Source of the DNA: Mycoavidus cysteinexigens
Lineage (GTDB): Bacteria > Pseudomonadota > Gammaproteobacteria > Burkholderiales > Burkholderiaceae
DNA: 48,677 bases
Direction of reading: 5' to 3'
NCBI GenBank assembly: GCA_031963365.1
Contig: JASSUF010000001.1
Span: 1 to 48,677 of the forward strand
Shown: positions 8,147 through 17,950 of the stretch, one piece after another
Numbering within the stretch: position 1 is the stretch's first letter
How the letters are laid out: every line of letters starts with the position of its first letter
Made by a program: the position numbers and the translations under genes
The notes under the pieces: model-generated
What the model was told of the DNA's origin: nothing
Database searches by the model: none
Seen by the model: only the letters and a program-made list of their open reading frames with translations

Positions 8147-8346
8147 TCGAGCAAGATCGAGCGCCGTTTTTTGCATTGCTTGGTGATGTCTACGTACTGC
8201 ATGGCAAAGCATTATCCGAATCTACAGGCAACGCGTGGTGGAGTGTGATGAAAATTTTCGATTGGGAAGATGTGCACGTGGTGTTAGCGCGTCATCCCAT
8301 TGCCAGCACGGATAACTTGCAAAGTGCAGGAGAACAGCATGCATGA
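8143..8346 (+). CDS. Short paralogue of the N-terminal domain of the following protein
   Basis: The 67-aa FFALLGDVYVLHGKALSESTGNAWWSVMKIFDWEDVHVVLARH aligns with FFALLSDVFSFYRQDLSTFTGNIWWNAMQPFDFHAVHDALTRH of the next ORF. Start and stop overlap the neighbouring genes. Confidence 0.5.
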   Translation: MIEQDRAPFFALLGDVYVLHGKALSESTGNAWWSVMKIFDWEDVHVVLARHPIASTDNLQSAGEQHA

Positions 8347-9022
8347 TCGAGATCGGCCATCGTTTTTTGCCTTGCTCAGCGATGTTTTTTCATTCTATCG
8401 CCAGGATTTATCCACCTTTACCGGAAATATTTGGTGGAATGCAATGCAGCCTTTTGATTTTCATGCGGTGCATGATGCGTTAACCCGCCATTGTGTAAAC
8501 CCCGATAACGGGCAGTTTTTGCCTAAACCTGCTGATGTCGTGCGACTGCTGCAAGGCTCCACGCAAGATAGCGCGCTGATGGCTTGGTCCAAAGTCGAAG
8601 CCGCTATACGCAAAGTAGGCACGCATGTCAGCGTGACGTTTGATGATGCCTTCATTCAACAAGTCTTGCAGGACATGGGGGGATGGATTGCATTGGGGCA
8701 AAAGAAAGAACCCGATTGGCCCTTTGTGCGCAATGAATTTGTCAATCGCTATCGCGGATATCGCCAATTGGGTCCGCTGACCACTTGGCCTGCGGTGTTG
8801 GTAGGAGAGGCTGAGGCAAGTAATCAGTGCAATGGATTTAAAAGCGATCCGCCAGTGTTGATTGGCGATGTGAAAGGGGCGCAGCAGATTCAGGCTCATG
8901 GAACCCATTCAGGCTTGTTAACGGTTACTCGCCCAGATCAAAGCAGTTTTAAGCAACTGAGCGCTCCCGTTATAGCCGCTTTGCAAGCCCATCATGCCAT
9001 TTCCGAGGAGCAGCCAGCATGA
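8339..9022 (+). CDS. Phage replication accessory protein (helicase-loader-like by position; G39P-like resemblance uncertain)
   Basis: Start at MHDRDRP with SD ggag. Positioned after the replication organiser and before packaging genes. Confidence 0.45.
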   Translation: MHDRDRPSFFALLSDVFSFYRQDLSTFTGNIWWNAMQPFDFHAVHDALTRHCVNPDNGQFLPKPADVVRLLQGSTQDSALMAWSKVEAAIRKVGTHVSVTFDDAFIQQVLQDMGGWIALGQKKEPDWPFVRNEFVNRYRGYRQLGPLTTWPAVLVGEAEASNQCNGFKSDPPVLIGDVKGAQQIQAHGTHSGLLTVTRPDQSSFKQLSAPVIAALQAHHAISEEQPA

Positions 9023-9396
9023 GTCGAGGCGCAAAACCAGGAGAGCGGCGTGGTGGACGGCATAAAGGCACACCCAATCAGCTTACACGCACCGTCAAAG
9101 AAGTGATCGAGCGTGTTGCACAAGGTTTAGGAGGCGTGGACGGCATGCTGGCGTGGGCACAAGAAGAAGCCGCAAATGCGCGGATTTTTTGGGGGCAAAT
9201 CTACCCTAAATTGCTGCCCTGCCAAATCAAAGCGGAGCATACCGGTCAAAATGGGCAGCCTTTGGTGGGAGGCGTATTGGTGGTGCCTGCAGTGCTTGCG
9301 CCGCCGGTCTGGGAGCAAGCAGCTTTGCAAGCAGATCTACCTACGGTGCAAAATCAGTCATCTAGGCCTCCTCTGCCTGCAAGTGAGGAGGCATAG
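9019..9396 (+). CDS. Putative terminase small subunit
   Basis: 125 aa with basic N-terminus (KPGERRGGRHKGTPNQLTR), immediately upstream of and abutting the large terminase. Confidence 0.5.
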   Translation: MSRGAKPGERRGGRHKGTPNQLTRTVKEVIERVAQGLGGVDGMLAWAQEEAANARIFWGQIYPKLLPCQIKAEHTGQNGQPLVGGVLVVPAVLAPPVWEQAALQADLPTVQNQSSRPPLPASEEA

Positions 9397-10815
9397 ATGA
9401 CTGCTACTGCGCTTGCTCTGGGTCCCTCAACCGATAACGTGATTTGGTCACCTCATCCTGGTAGCCAAACTTTATTTTTGTCGTGCCCCGTGTTTGAGGT
9501 ATTGCTCGAAGGCACGCGCGGCGGGGGTAAAACCGATGCGCTGCTAATGAGCTTTGCCAAGCATGTAGGACAGGGATTTGGAGCCCATTGGCGCGGCGCA
9601 CTATTTCGTTTGACTTACCCCCAACTTGCTGATGTGGTTGCCAAATCCAAGCATTGGTTTAAACAAATTTTTCCAGAAGCACGTTTTAATGCATCGGATT
9701 ATGTGTGGACCTGGCCGACGGGTGAGCAGCTTTTTTTCCGATACGGTCAATCTGAAGACGATTATTGGAATTATCACGGCCATGAATATCCGTGGCTAGG
9801 ATTTGAAGAACTCACAAACTGGCGCACGCTGGGGTTTTACGAGTCGATGCAGAGCACCTGTCGCTCATCCCACCCTGGTATGCCCAGAATGGTGCGCGCA
9901 ACCTGTAATCCCTATGGCCCGGGTCACAGCGTCGTCAAAGCACGCTTTCGCATTGGCTCTGGCGGGATGCCTTCGGGGCACATTATCCGCGAATCCGGCC
10001 AACTTCCTCGCGTGCGCCTGCACAGCACGCTGCACGAAAATACGCACCTACTTCAAAACGATCCCAACTACTTACCCACGCTTGAAGCCATACGCGATGT
10101 GAATCGCCGACAAGCCTGGTTAGACGGTTCTTGGGATATCCACGCCGGCGCATTTTTAGAAAATGTGTGGCAATCCAAACAGCATGTTGTGGCTCCTTTT
10201 CCTATTCCGTCGACTTGGCGTGTTTGGAAGGCAATGGATTGGGGATATGCCAAACCCTATGCAGTGCTGTGGTTTGCATTAGATCCAGATGGCGTGCACT
10301 ACCTTTGGCGCGAATTATATGGCTACGGGGGTACACCGAATGTGGGCTCACGAGAAGATGCGGCAACCGTTGCCAAAAAAATTCAAGCGATGGAAAACCA
10401 TGACGCCCGCTTAGGTTATGTCTATCGCCAAAACCTAGCGGATCCCTCTATTTTTAGTCAGTACGGCGCAAACCGCTCTATTGGTCAGATCTTTGCCGAA
10501 CATAGCATACGCTGGCTACCTGCATGGAATGGGGCAGGCTCACGAGTGAATGGTGCGCAAGAAATGATTCGTTTGCTCTGTGAAGGACGTTTCAAAGTTT
10601 TTAAGTCCTGCACCCATTGGCTGCGCACGGTGCCAGAGCTACACGGCGACCCTAACAATCCTGAAGACGTCGATAGCGATGCAGAAGATCATGCCTGGGA
10701 TGCAACCCGCTATGGAGTGATGCGACGGCGTGCTATGCCTAACGCGCAAACGTCACCAGAACATAGCGACCATGACAACTTTATTCAATCTTTGTGGAAG
10801 AGGTACGTTGGATGA
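9397..10815 (+). CDS. terL: Terminase large subunit
   Basis: 472 aa. Walker A-like LEGTRGGGKTDALL, FEELTNW (Walker B-like), acidic C-terminal nuclease-like region. Precedes the portal. Confidence 0.85.
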   Translation: MTATALALGPSTDNVIWSPHPGSQTLFLSCPVFEVLLEGTRGGGKTDALLMSFAKHVGQGFGAHWRGALFRLTYPQLADVVAKSKHWFKQIFPEARFNASDYVWTWPTGEQLFFRYGQSEDDYWNYHGHEYPWLGFEELTNWRTLGFYESMQSTCRSSHPGMPRMVRATCNPYGPGHSVVKARFRIGSGGMPSGHIIRESGQLPRVRLHSTLHENTHLLQNDPNYLPTLEAIRDVNRRQAWLDGSWDIHAGAFLENVWQSKQHVVAPFPIPSTWRVWKAMDWGYAKPYAVLWFALDPDGVHYLWRELYGYGGTPNVGSREDAATVAKKIQAMENHDARLGYVYRQNLADPSIFSQYGANRSIGQIFAEHSIRWLPAWNGAGSRVNGAQEMIRLLCEGRFKVFKSCTHWLRTVPELHGDPNNPEDVDSDAEDHAWDATRYGVMRRRAMPNAQTSPEHSDHDNFIQSLWKRYVG

Positions 10816-12716
10816 TGTCAGCCACAGAAAATTCTGCAGTCAATCTGCCGCATCCAGAATCCGAGGCCTTGGCACAACGCTGGATGCAACGGCTAGAACG
10901 CGCCAAAGATCAGTGGTCGATATGGCACAAACGCATGGCGCATAACCAGGATTTGGTGGCGGGGTTTGATGTAACACAAGATCCCGCTAGTTCAGAATTT
11001 TGTCGGTTACGGGCCAATCTGATTTTTTCGACGATAGCGGCCATATTGCCCAATATATACGCCCGTGATCCTGAAATCAGTGTCACCTCTCGCTATCCAC
11101 AGCAACGTTTATCGCTGTTTTGTCACACGTTGCAAACGGTAATTAATCGCGCGCTCCTCGATGCCAATCTCAAAGATCGCGCTAAAGACGCCGTGTCATC
11201 GGCGATGACCTGCTATTTCGGTATTGTAAAAGTGATGTATCAGCGCGAAGCACAGAGCGATCCGATGATGGCGGGGCATCTACACGATAGCGAGACGCAT
11301 AGCTCGCAGTTAACACCATTGCACCAGGATATGCATGATCCTGTAGCGGGTATCGATCAAGAAGCACAACAAGGAGAATCTGCGCAGCTTATCGCCAGTT
11401 TAAAAACACACGAGGATATAAGTCATGCAGAGGGCCTGGTTATCGATCTCGTATCGGCAGACCATTTGCTGATCGACCCCGATATCAAAGAATTTTGTAA
11501 TTTGTATCAAGCAGGCTGGATGGCGCAGCGTATTCCGATGAATCGGCAGGAAGCGCAAGCACGCTATGGCGTCGATTTACGCGGCGCGACCCCTTATAAC
11601 CAGCCCTTTGATCAAGCCACCGCTTCTCGAGATAGGCGATTGGCATCCTGCACCCCCACGCTAGATGAAGATCAACAGATATGTGTGATCGAAGTCTGGG
11701 ATCGGCGCACTGATCGCGTCTATACGCTGGTGGAAGGCTGCCCCTTCTTTGTACGTGAACCTTGGACCCCACCTCGCGTTGGGGCGCGCTGGTATCCGTT
11801 TTTTATCCTGCCGTTTTCAACGGTAGTTGGAAAACTCATTGGCCCATGCCTCGTCGATTTGACCGAAAAACTCCAAAACGAGCATAACGACACCCGCGAT
11901 AAATTTGCCGCACATCGTCATGCTAATCGTCCCCACTGGATTGTATCGACCGATACGGCGCCAGAAACCATACAACGCCATACCCAAGCCACGCTGGGCG
12001 AAATTGTATTGGTACAAAGTAATGGACTCCCTATTCAGCAAGTGATTCAACCCGGCCAAAACATACCGATCCACCCAGCAGATTATGACACCAGCCCTAT
12101 TCGCCAAGATTGGGAGCAAGTCACTGGTTTGCAAGATGCCTCGCGCTCAATGATTGCGCAAGCAAAAACAGCAACCGAAGCGGCTTTGATGGACAAAGCG
12201 CTTACAGGCCGTGTATCGGAGTTTTTAGACAAACTCAAAGGCTGGTTGCAGCAGATTGCGCAATATGTCGCACAAATGCTGTTACAGGAACTCACCCCGC
12301 AGCAGGTGCAGCGTTATATGGGGCCGCCCATTATGAGCACGCGCATTATCGAAGGTCGCTCCATAGTTGAAGAACAGCCAAGCTATGACTGGCCGGAACT
12401 CAGCAAAGCACAAGTTTTTGACATGGTGCAAGTGAGGATACGGGCAGGTACCAGCGGGGCACCCGATACGTTGGAAAAACAAAAAGCCTGGATGGAGTTG
12501 TTGCCGAAGATTGTGCCTCTTATCGAGCAATTGATGCAGCTGCGCGCCAAAGGCGAAGAAGCCGCACCATTAGAAGCGTTGTTACGCATTATCGTCAAAG
12601 TATTTGATGAGAATGAGGACGTCGATGTCGAAACGCTCATTCCAAAAATGGCCCCGCCGCCTAAGCCAGAAGGACCTGTAGAAAATGGTCTAGGTATGGG
12701 CATGTCGGCCGCATAA
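10812..12716 (+). CDS. Portal protein
   Basis: ~634 aa ORF whose ATG overlaps the terminase stop (gGATGATG). Size and position are typical of a portal. Confidence 0.7.
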   Translation: MMSATENSAVNLPHPESEALAQRWMQRLERAKDQWSIWHKRMAHNQDLVAGFDVTQDPASSEFCRLRANLIFSTIAAILPNIYARDPEISVTSRYPQQRLSLFCHTLQTVINRALLDANLKDRAKDAVSSAMTCYFGIVKVMYQREAQSDPMMAGHLHDSETHSSQLTPLHQDMHDPVAGIDQEAQQGESAQLIASLKTHEDISHAEGLVIDLVSADHLLIDPDIKEFCNLYQAGWMAQRIPMNRQEAQARYGVDLRGATPYNQPFDQATASRDRRLASCTPTLDEDQQICVIEVWDRRTDRVYTLVEGCPFFVREPWTPPRVGARWYPFFILPFSTVVGKLIGPCLVDLTEKLQNEHNDTRDKFAAHRHANRPHWIVSTDTAPETIQRHTQATLGEIVLVQSNGLPIQQVIQPGQNIPIHPADYDTSPIRQDWEQVTGLQDASRSMIAQAKTATEAALMDKALTGRVSEFLDKLKGWLQQIAQYVAQMLLQELTPQQVQRYMGPPIMSTRIIEGRSIVEEQPSYDWPELSKAQVFDMVQVRIRAGTSGAPDTLEKQKAWMELLPKIVPLIEQLMQLRAKGEEAAPLEALLRIIVKVFDENEDVDVETLIPKMAPPPKPEGPVENGLGMGMSAA

Positions 12717-12731
12717 AAGGAGTAATACACG

Positions 12732-13778
12732 ATGGAAAACGATACCGATACTGCATGGCCTTCAAGCGCAGGAGCTGCTTCCGAAGGAGAATATGACGAA
12801 GAAGCTGCAGAAGTTCCTGCATCGGCAGCAAATCCTGACACGCCAGAAGCTTCTCACTCAGACCACCCTGCACCCCGTTTGCAAGCGATGCTCGATACAT
12901 TAAGCGAAACCAAACCGGAGGAGCAATCACTAGAGGAAGCTGCAAGCGCATCAGAAGCCGAATCTACGCCAAACCCTGACGCGCCAGCAGAACCCAACGA
13001 TACGGCAGTAGATACCGAAGAAGCCGATCTCCTAAAAGGCGTGAAGTCCGAGCGCAGCAGAACACGCATTCAGAATATGTTAGCAGAGCGTCGGCAGGTA
13101 GAAGACGAGTTACAGCAGATCCGCGGTATGTTTCAAGCTACGGGAATGACGCCAGAGGAGTTAGCACAGACCTTTGAATTCGGGTCATTGGTGCGCTCGG
13201 GGGAAGCGGCAGATTTGCATACGGCGCTTCAAATGGTCGAAGCACAGCGTGCGAGCCTCTGCCAAAAACTCGGTGTAGAACTCCCAGGCGTCGATGCCCT
13301 AGCAGACTACCCCGATTTAGGGCAAGAAGTACAACAAGGCACGCTTTCCCGTGCACGGGCACTCGAAATGGCCACATTGCGTAGGCAACACCACGCCATT
13401 GAACAGCACGTTCAAACTCATACGCAAGCGCAGCAAGACCAGGTGCAATTTGAAAGAGCGGTGACGCAAGGACAGCAATCGATAGCTGCATATTTACAGC
13501 AAAACGCGCACAAAGTAGACCATGCAGCCCGTATGCAGGCAATTCAAGCGCATTTTGCACAACCGGCCAATGTGCAGGCATTTGTGCAAACGTATCAGCC
13601 CACACAGTGGGAACATGCCATTAAGTGGATGTATGAACAGATCCGTATCGCTCCTGCGTCACGCAGCATGCCAACGCCACTGCGCAGTAGCTCCGCAGCG
13701 CTGGGGCAACCTGGTATCTCTGGACAAAGCGCACCTGCAGATCGGTTAGCGCAGCGTATGGAAGCAATGGGGTTATAG
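12732..13778 (+). CDS. Scaffolding protein (putative)
   Basis: 348 aa. Acidic N-terminus and Ala/Gln/Glu-rich helical body. Located between portal and capsid genes. Confidence 0.55.
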   Translation: MENDTDTAWPSSAGAASEGEYDEEAAEVPASAANPDTPEASHSDHPAPRLQAMLDTLSETKPEEQSLEEAASASEAESTPNPDAPAEPNDTAVDTEEADLLKGVKSERSRTRIQNMLAERRQVEDELQQIRGMFQATGMTPEELAQTFEFGSLVRSGEAADLHTALQMVEAQRASLCQKLGVELPGVDALADYPDLGQEVQQGTLSRARALEMATLRRQHHAIEQHVQTHTQAQQDQVQFERAVTQGQQSIAAYLQQNAHKVDHAARMQAIQAHFAQPANVQAFVQTYQPTQWEHAIKWMYEQIRIAPASRSMPTPLRSSSAALGQPGISGQSAPADRLAQRMEAMGL

Positions 13779-13840
13779 CAAAAGGCTTTCTATTGCTTTG
13801 TAGAGATACTATTTTGAGACTTTACTTGAGGGAGTGCGTG

Positions 13841-14692
13841 ATGGTGTGCTTTCCGGTGTCTTTGTCTTTTTGCAATGGCTCTTCTTACCGTTCATTCGAT
13901 TACCCGAAGGAGCGTAAGTATCAGGAGATTTTTTCCAAACAGATTACCGCTGCTACGGGTTTTGAAAAATCTACTTCATTTACCAATCAAACGCGATGTA
14001 AGCCACCCTGCAAACGCAATATGACTAGGCAGTTGCTGGACCAATGGGGCATGGTGCAGCAAGATTTACAAGAAGATGCTTGGTTTCGCCAGTCAGGACT
14101 GGAAACCGCGCAGCAAGATTACCTGGCATGCTTACTCCAGGAATATAAACAAGCATGCGAGGATCTGCAGCCATCCGCAAAGGCCTGCTTATATGTTGAA
14201 GAACAGGATGCGATTTTAGACCGCCTCTGCCATTTAAATGCAGTCATGCAGGAAATAGAAATATTTTTTGAGGACTGTAGCCCTCGGGCCAAAGCACAGC
14301 AATCGGTCTTTTATCTGTCGGTGGCTATTATTGTAGCGGGGGTGTTTTCAGCAGTGATTATCCAAGCGGTGGGAATAGTCTGTACAGCAACGGCGCTGGT
14401 TTCTATTTTGTCGGCGTGTAGTCTAGCCTGTCTGCGGTTGGTGTATGTGCTCTATGAACGCGATATTGCCCACGCACATGCGCAGTGGGAAAGGCGTAGA
14501 AGGCAGTGGAAGACGCTGGAAAAATACTTTGCGCTATTTTGGTGGAAGGAAATAATAAGCGCGCTAGGCAAAGAACAGCTTAAAGGATCCATAAAAGCAA
14601 AACAGCGTGATACTACCATTCGTGCAGTAAGGCGCTATCCTCAAAAAATGCGTTTTACTTGGGTACGGTCTAAAAGAAGGCGGTCTGGATGA
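13841..14692 (+). CDS. Cargo membrane protein with bilobed hydrophobic domain
   Basis: SD gggag before the ATG at 13841. Hydrophobic hairpin VFYLSVAIIVAGVFSAVIIQAV-GIVCTATALVSILSACSLACLRLVYVLY. Basic C-terminus. Interrupts the scaffold-capsid junction. Confidence 0.55.
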   Translation: MVCFPVSLSFCNGSSYRSFDYPKERKYQEIFSKQITAATGFEKSTSFTNQTRCKPPCKRNMTRQLLDQWGMVQQDLQEDAWFRQSGLETAQQDYLACLLQEYKQACEDLQPSAKACLYVEEQDAILDRLCHLNAVMQEIEIFFEDCSPRAKAQQSVFYLSVAIIVAGVFSAVIIQAVGIVCTATALVSILSACSLACLRLVYVLYERDIAHAHAQWERRRRQWKTLEKYFALFWWKEIISALGKEQLKGSIKAKQRDTTIRAVRRYPQKMRFTWVRSKRRRSG

Positions 14693-14741
14693 TCAAAACC
14701 CTATATATGGTGCTTTAACAGTGTTTTTATCTCTAAAGGAT

Positions 14742-16049
14742 TTATCCATCATCCATTTCTATATCTTGCATAACATATACAGACTCTAAATCTTTATTTC
14801 TGCGCTCCACGTCAGGAAGTGGCTGCGCGCCATTAAAACGGATATCCATAAAATTTATTTTGTGCGAGTATGGAATGGCCGCCATTAAATTATTAACGCC
14901 TACATCACCGATGTTATTATAACAAATATTTAATGAATATATTCCTTTTTCTAATATTTTCAATATGTATTGTATCCCTACATGGCTAATTCTATTGGTG
15001 TATAAATCTAATTTTTGAAAATTTTTATACAAATAGGATCCCTCCATTTTTTCTATGAGAATCATACTTAAACTTTTAACCCCTTCGTCCCCAATATCGT
15101 TTCCTCCAAAGGATAATACTTTAAGACTTATCGGTAAAATTCCTATCAATAGTTTTATATCTTCATCACGGATGCCAACGCCCTCCAATCGCAAATCAGA
15201 AATAGTTGATTGTGTAAAATTGGAAATAAAATCTTTTACCCAACCGGGTTGAATATCTCCAGAAGAACAAAAAGAAGGAGCAGAAAACATAGCGCTTCTA
15301 GTAAATTCAAAACTTGAAATCGTGTTTTTAATTTCAGGTCCAAGAGCTAACAAATTCTGCGCGATAAAATTGCTATATCTTAAAGAAAACTTCGTCTCTC
15401 TTATACTTCTACAGCTCTTAAGAAGCTGTATGATTCTATCAATAATAGAATTTTCAGCGGTATATATAAAACCTGCATCAAAATATAAACTTTCAAGATT
15501 TTGTTTGTTTTCCATCGCTTGTAGTGTTGTAAAAAATCGATGGATATCTACAGCGTGCAAAATAATATTACTATCCTCTATGTCATAATTACCCATCGAA
15601 CTAATCTTGATATGCACATGCTGTATATTTTCAATCACTTTTTCAATGTTATATTTAATTTCCTCCTCGGTTAATGTATTATTATTTCTTGTAATGGCAT
15701 CAATTTTTTCACCACTCCATTTTTCTTGGGCTTGACTCCATATAGATCGCGCGTACGTATCTGTTGTCGCAAGCAAACTACGTATCACTCCGCAGAATGG
15801 AGGGCTTATTAGCATCAATTCGATAAAATCTTTTGGAGTCGATAAAGAGTGCGATAAAAAATCGAATATTTGCAACGCTATTTCATTAGGTAGAGGAGGC
15901 AAAGCTTGGCGACTGTATTTTTCCAAAGAAAATTTTTGAGGTGCAGCCTGTGCTATTTCCTGTGATGGTTGGACTGGATTTTCAGAAGGAATATATTGAG
16001 TAGGGAAACATGGAGTGGAAACACGCGACACATTATTAGAGTTCATCAT
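14742..16049 (-). CDS. F-box + leucine-rich-repeat (RNI-type) eukaryotic-like protein, moron 1
   Basis: F-box motif LPPLPNEIALQIFDFLS...FIELMLISPPFCGVIRSLL. C-terminal LRRs LKVLSFGGNDIGDEGVKSLS, LDLYTNRISHVGIQYI, LNICYNNIGDVGVNNLMAAI. Antisense to the late operon and AT-rich. Confidence 0.8.
   Translation of the reverse strand: MMNSNNVSRVSTPCFPTQYIPSENPVQPSQEIAQAAPQKFSLEKYSRQALPPLPNEIALQIFDFLSHSLSTPKDFIELMLISPPFCGVIRSLLATTDTYARSIWSQAQEKWSGEKIDAITRNNNTLTEEEIKYNIEKVIENIQHVHIKISSMGNYDIEDSNIILHAVDIHRFFTTLQAMENKQNLESLYFDAGFIYTAENSIIDRIIQLLKSCRSIRETKFSLRYSNFIAQNLLALGPEIKNTISSFEFTRSAMFSAPSFCSSGDIQPGWVKDFISNFTQSTISDLRLEGVGIRDEDIKLLIGILPISLKVLSFGGNDIGDEGVKSLSMILIEKMEGSYLYKNFQKLDLYTNRISHVGIQYILKILEKGIYSLNICYNNIGDVGVNNLMAAIPYSHKINFMDIRFNGAQPLPDVERRNKDLESVYVMQDIEMDDG
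15762..15902 (-). other. F-box motif region of moron 1 protein (aa ~50-96)
   Basis: LPxEI..xIFxFL followed by a hydrophobic helix pair, matching the F-box consensus LPdEil..Il..L......l.lVsk.w..l. Confidence 0.7.
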
Positions 16050-16560
16050 TTATCCTATTGCATCAAGTACATGCATCTATTGCATAGATACATAACACCA
16101 ACCAAAAATCAGCCTCCTAGGTGTATGAATTTGAACATTTCTATCAGGCACTACTACCTAATACACTCAGGTCTTTTACTAGGAAATGTATTTTTAAAAA
16201 AATACCACCGTATTTAAAATACCGTGCACACTGCACTTTGTAAAAAATCTTTTACTTTGCAATCTGCAGACTGAATCGCTGGAAGCCGAGCGTCGCGTGC
16301 GGCAGCTGTGGGTTAAAAAAGTAAAGATTGCCCACCGCAATGTGTCGCTGTGATCGCCGGGGTCGCGTCCGGTAGCGCTTTTCTCATGCACTATTTATAC
16401 AAATAGTTTGCAATGGAGTTGTACCCTTGCAAGCGCTGTGAGCATTATTTTCCCGTGTGGCGTGCGGGGCCGGTGTGGAAAGTAGGCCGTTTATGACGTG
16501 CAGAATTTTTTCTCTGCGTGGCTAAAACGGTCATGGTGCTTTTTCCACTGGATACTCAGT

Positions 16561-17607
16561 ATGCCTATCTCTGCGCATGATCTACGCGAACTGACCAAAG
16601 TCTCGCTCGACGACTATTTACGCAATATCCCCATCGATCAAATCGGTGTGGAGCGCCCACTCCTGAAACGCTGTTTATCCAAGCGCAAACTCTTTTTTGG
16701 AGCACGCCAGCATATCGTCGAGAACGTGCGTAAAGACTATGGCAGTCATTTCGCCTGGGCTTATGGCGAAACCCTGGTTGAATTCAATAAACGCCATACC
16801 ACGGAGCAAGTGCAATTTCCGTGGCGACGCGCCGTAGATGGACTGTATTTAGACTATGACCGCCTCTTCGGTGCGGGTATTGACGTACGCGAAGGCAAGC
16901 ACGGCGAACATCGACTCGAGCAGAATGAGAAAGTGCAACTGCTCAATTTGCTCGATGAGCAAATGGAAAGCCTCAAACTGGGGTTTTTAGATCGCTTAGA
17001 TACCGAGCTACATCGCGATGGCACTTCTTCTGCGGATGCGGTAACCGGCCTCGATGCGCTCGTATCGGTTGATCCTTCTAACGGCATATTAGGCGGCCTC
17101 GATCGAGAAAAAATGCCATGGTGGCGCAATACCACCTATACCGGCATTGAAACTGGCCGTTCAGGCAATTTGAGTATGCATATGGAGCAAGCTTGGCGGC
17201 GCTGTATTCGTAATGGCGGCGCGCCCGATTTTATTTTGGCGGGATCCGCTTTTTTAGATGCGTATCGACAAGAAATCAGGGTGGTGCAAAACGCGGAAGC
17301 AGCGCGTCCTAAAACGCTCGATGCCGGCGTGGGGACAGCAGGCAGTACCGGTCTGTACTTCAAAGGCGTAGAAATCGTCTGGGACCCGCACTTTGAAACC
17401 CTCGATGCACTCGAAACCCCGCTGATTCCATGGGAAAAGCGCTGTTATTTCCTCAATTTCAAATATTTTAAATATCGCGATGATGATGTACATATCGTCA
17501 CCCCGACGCGCCCCCATAACACGCTCGCACTCTACGCAATGATTACGGTGCGCTGTGCGCTCACGATGTCGCGTGCCAATGCGCATGCGGTTTTGGCGAT
17601 TCAATAG
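16561..17607 (+). CDS. Major capsid protein
   Basis: 348 aa from MPISAHDLRELTK (a GTG at 16498 is possible). Position after portal and scaffold. Sequence character typical of podovirus/HK97-fold coat proteins. Confidence 0.7.
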   Translation: MPISAHDLRELTKVSLDDYLRNIPIDQIGVERPLLKRCLSKRKLFFGARQHIVENVRKDYGSHFAWAYGETLVEFNKRHTTEQVQFPWRRAVDGLYLDYDRLFGAGIDVREGKHGEHRLEQNEKVQLLNLLDEQMESLKLGFLDRLDTELHRDGTSSADAVTGLDALVSVDPSNGILGGLDREKMPWWRNTTYTGIETGRSGNLSMHMEQAWRRCIRNGGAPDFILAGSAFLDAYRQEIRVVQNAEAARPKTLDAGVGTAGSTGLYFKGVEIVWDPHFETLDALETPLIPWEKRCYFLNFKYFKYRDDDVHIVTPTRPHNTLALYAMITVRCALTMSRANAHAVLAIQ

Positions 17608-17617
17608 AGGAGCGGCA

Positions 17618-17944
17618 ATGATGATGCATTGTGATTTACACCACATCCGTGTGCGCCGAGATGCGCAGACGACCACCCCCACGACGATAGCCGCCCATGA
17701 ATTGCCTATTTTGCAGGTGCTCTATGGGATAGAGAATGTGGAGGATAGCGCGTTAACGGGGACGTATCCGATTGATGAAAAGCAAGAATATAAACGCTTG
17801 ACGCTCAAATTCGGAGAAGAAGTGGTACGTAGCATTTATGGCGAGGAGCATAGCGGTCAGCTTGCGCAACGCTTACAGCAAACCGCTAAATCAGCGTCCA
17901 AGAGCAGATCTTCTACTGTTGTCTCTACGCCTTCGGCATCATAA
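17618..17944 (+). CDS. Small virion-associated protein (unknown)
   Basis: SD agaggag before the ATG at 17618. Directly downstream of the capsid gene. Confidence 0.45.
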   Translation: MMMHCDLHHIRVRRDAQTTTPTTIAAHELPILQVLYGIENVEDSALTGTYPIDEKQEYKRLTLKFGEEVVRSIYGEEHSGQLAQRLQQTAKSASKSRSSTVVSTPSAS

Positions 17945-17950
17945 GGAGGA

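Noticed and set aside
13793-13840. Upstream non-ATG start for the 13793-14692 ORF.
   Set aside because: The ATG at 13841 has a well-placed gggag SD, and the extension has none.
16050-16110. Shared regulatory motif upstream of cargo genes. Candidates were atgcaatag x2 before moron 1, atgcagtttgcat before moron 2, aatagcatgtac at ~30535, and PmrA-like TTAATATT tandem boxes.
   Set aside because: The matches are short and inconsistent in spacing and orientation in very AT-rich DNA, and no convincing TTAATATT tandem was found. This needs statistical motif discovery on more sequences.
16243-16353. Start-less open frame (...LQTESLEAERRVRQLWVKKVKIAHRNVSL*) and ORF 16194-16391 in the GC-rich spacer before the capsid gene, as a gene remnant left by the moron insertion.
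   Set aside because: There is no start codon or SD, and it is too short to evaluate without homologues. It is kept only as a note under moron 1.
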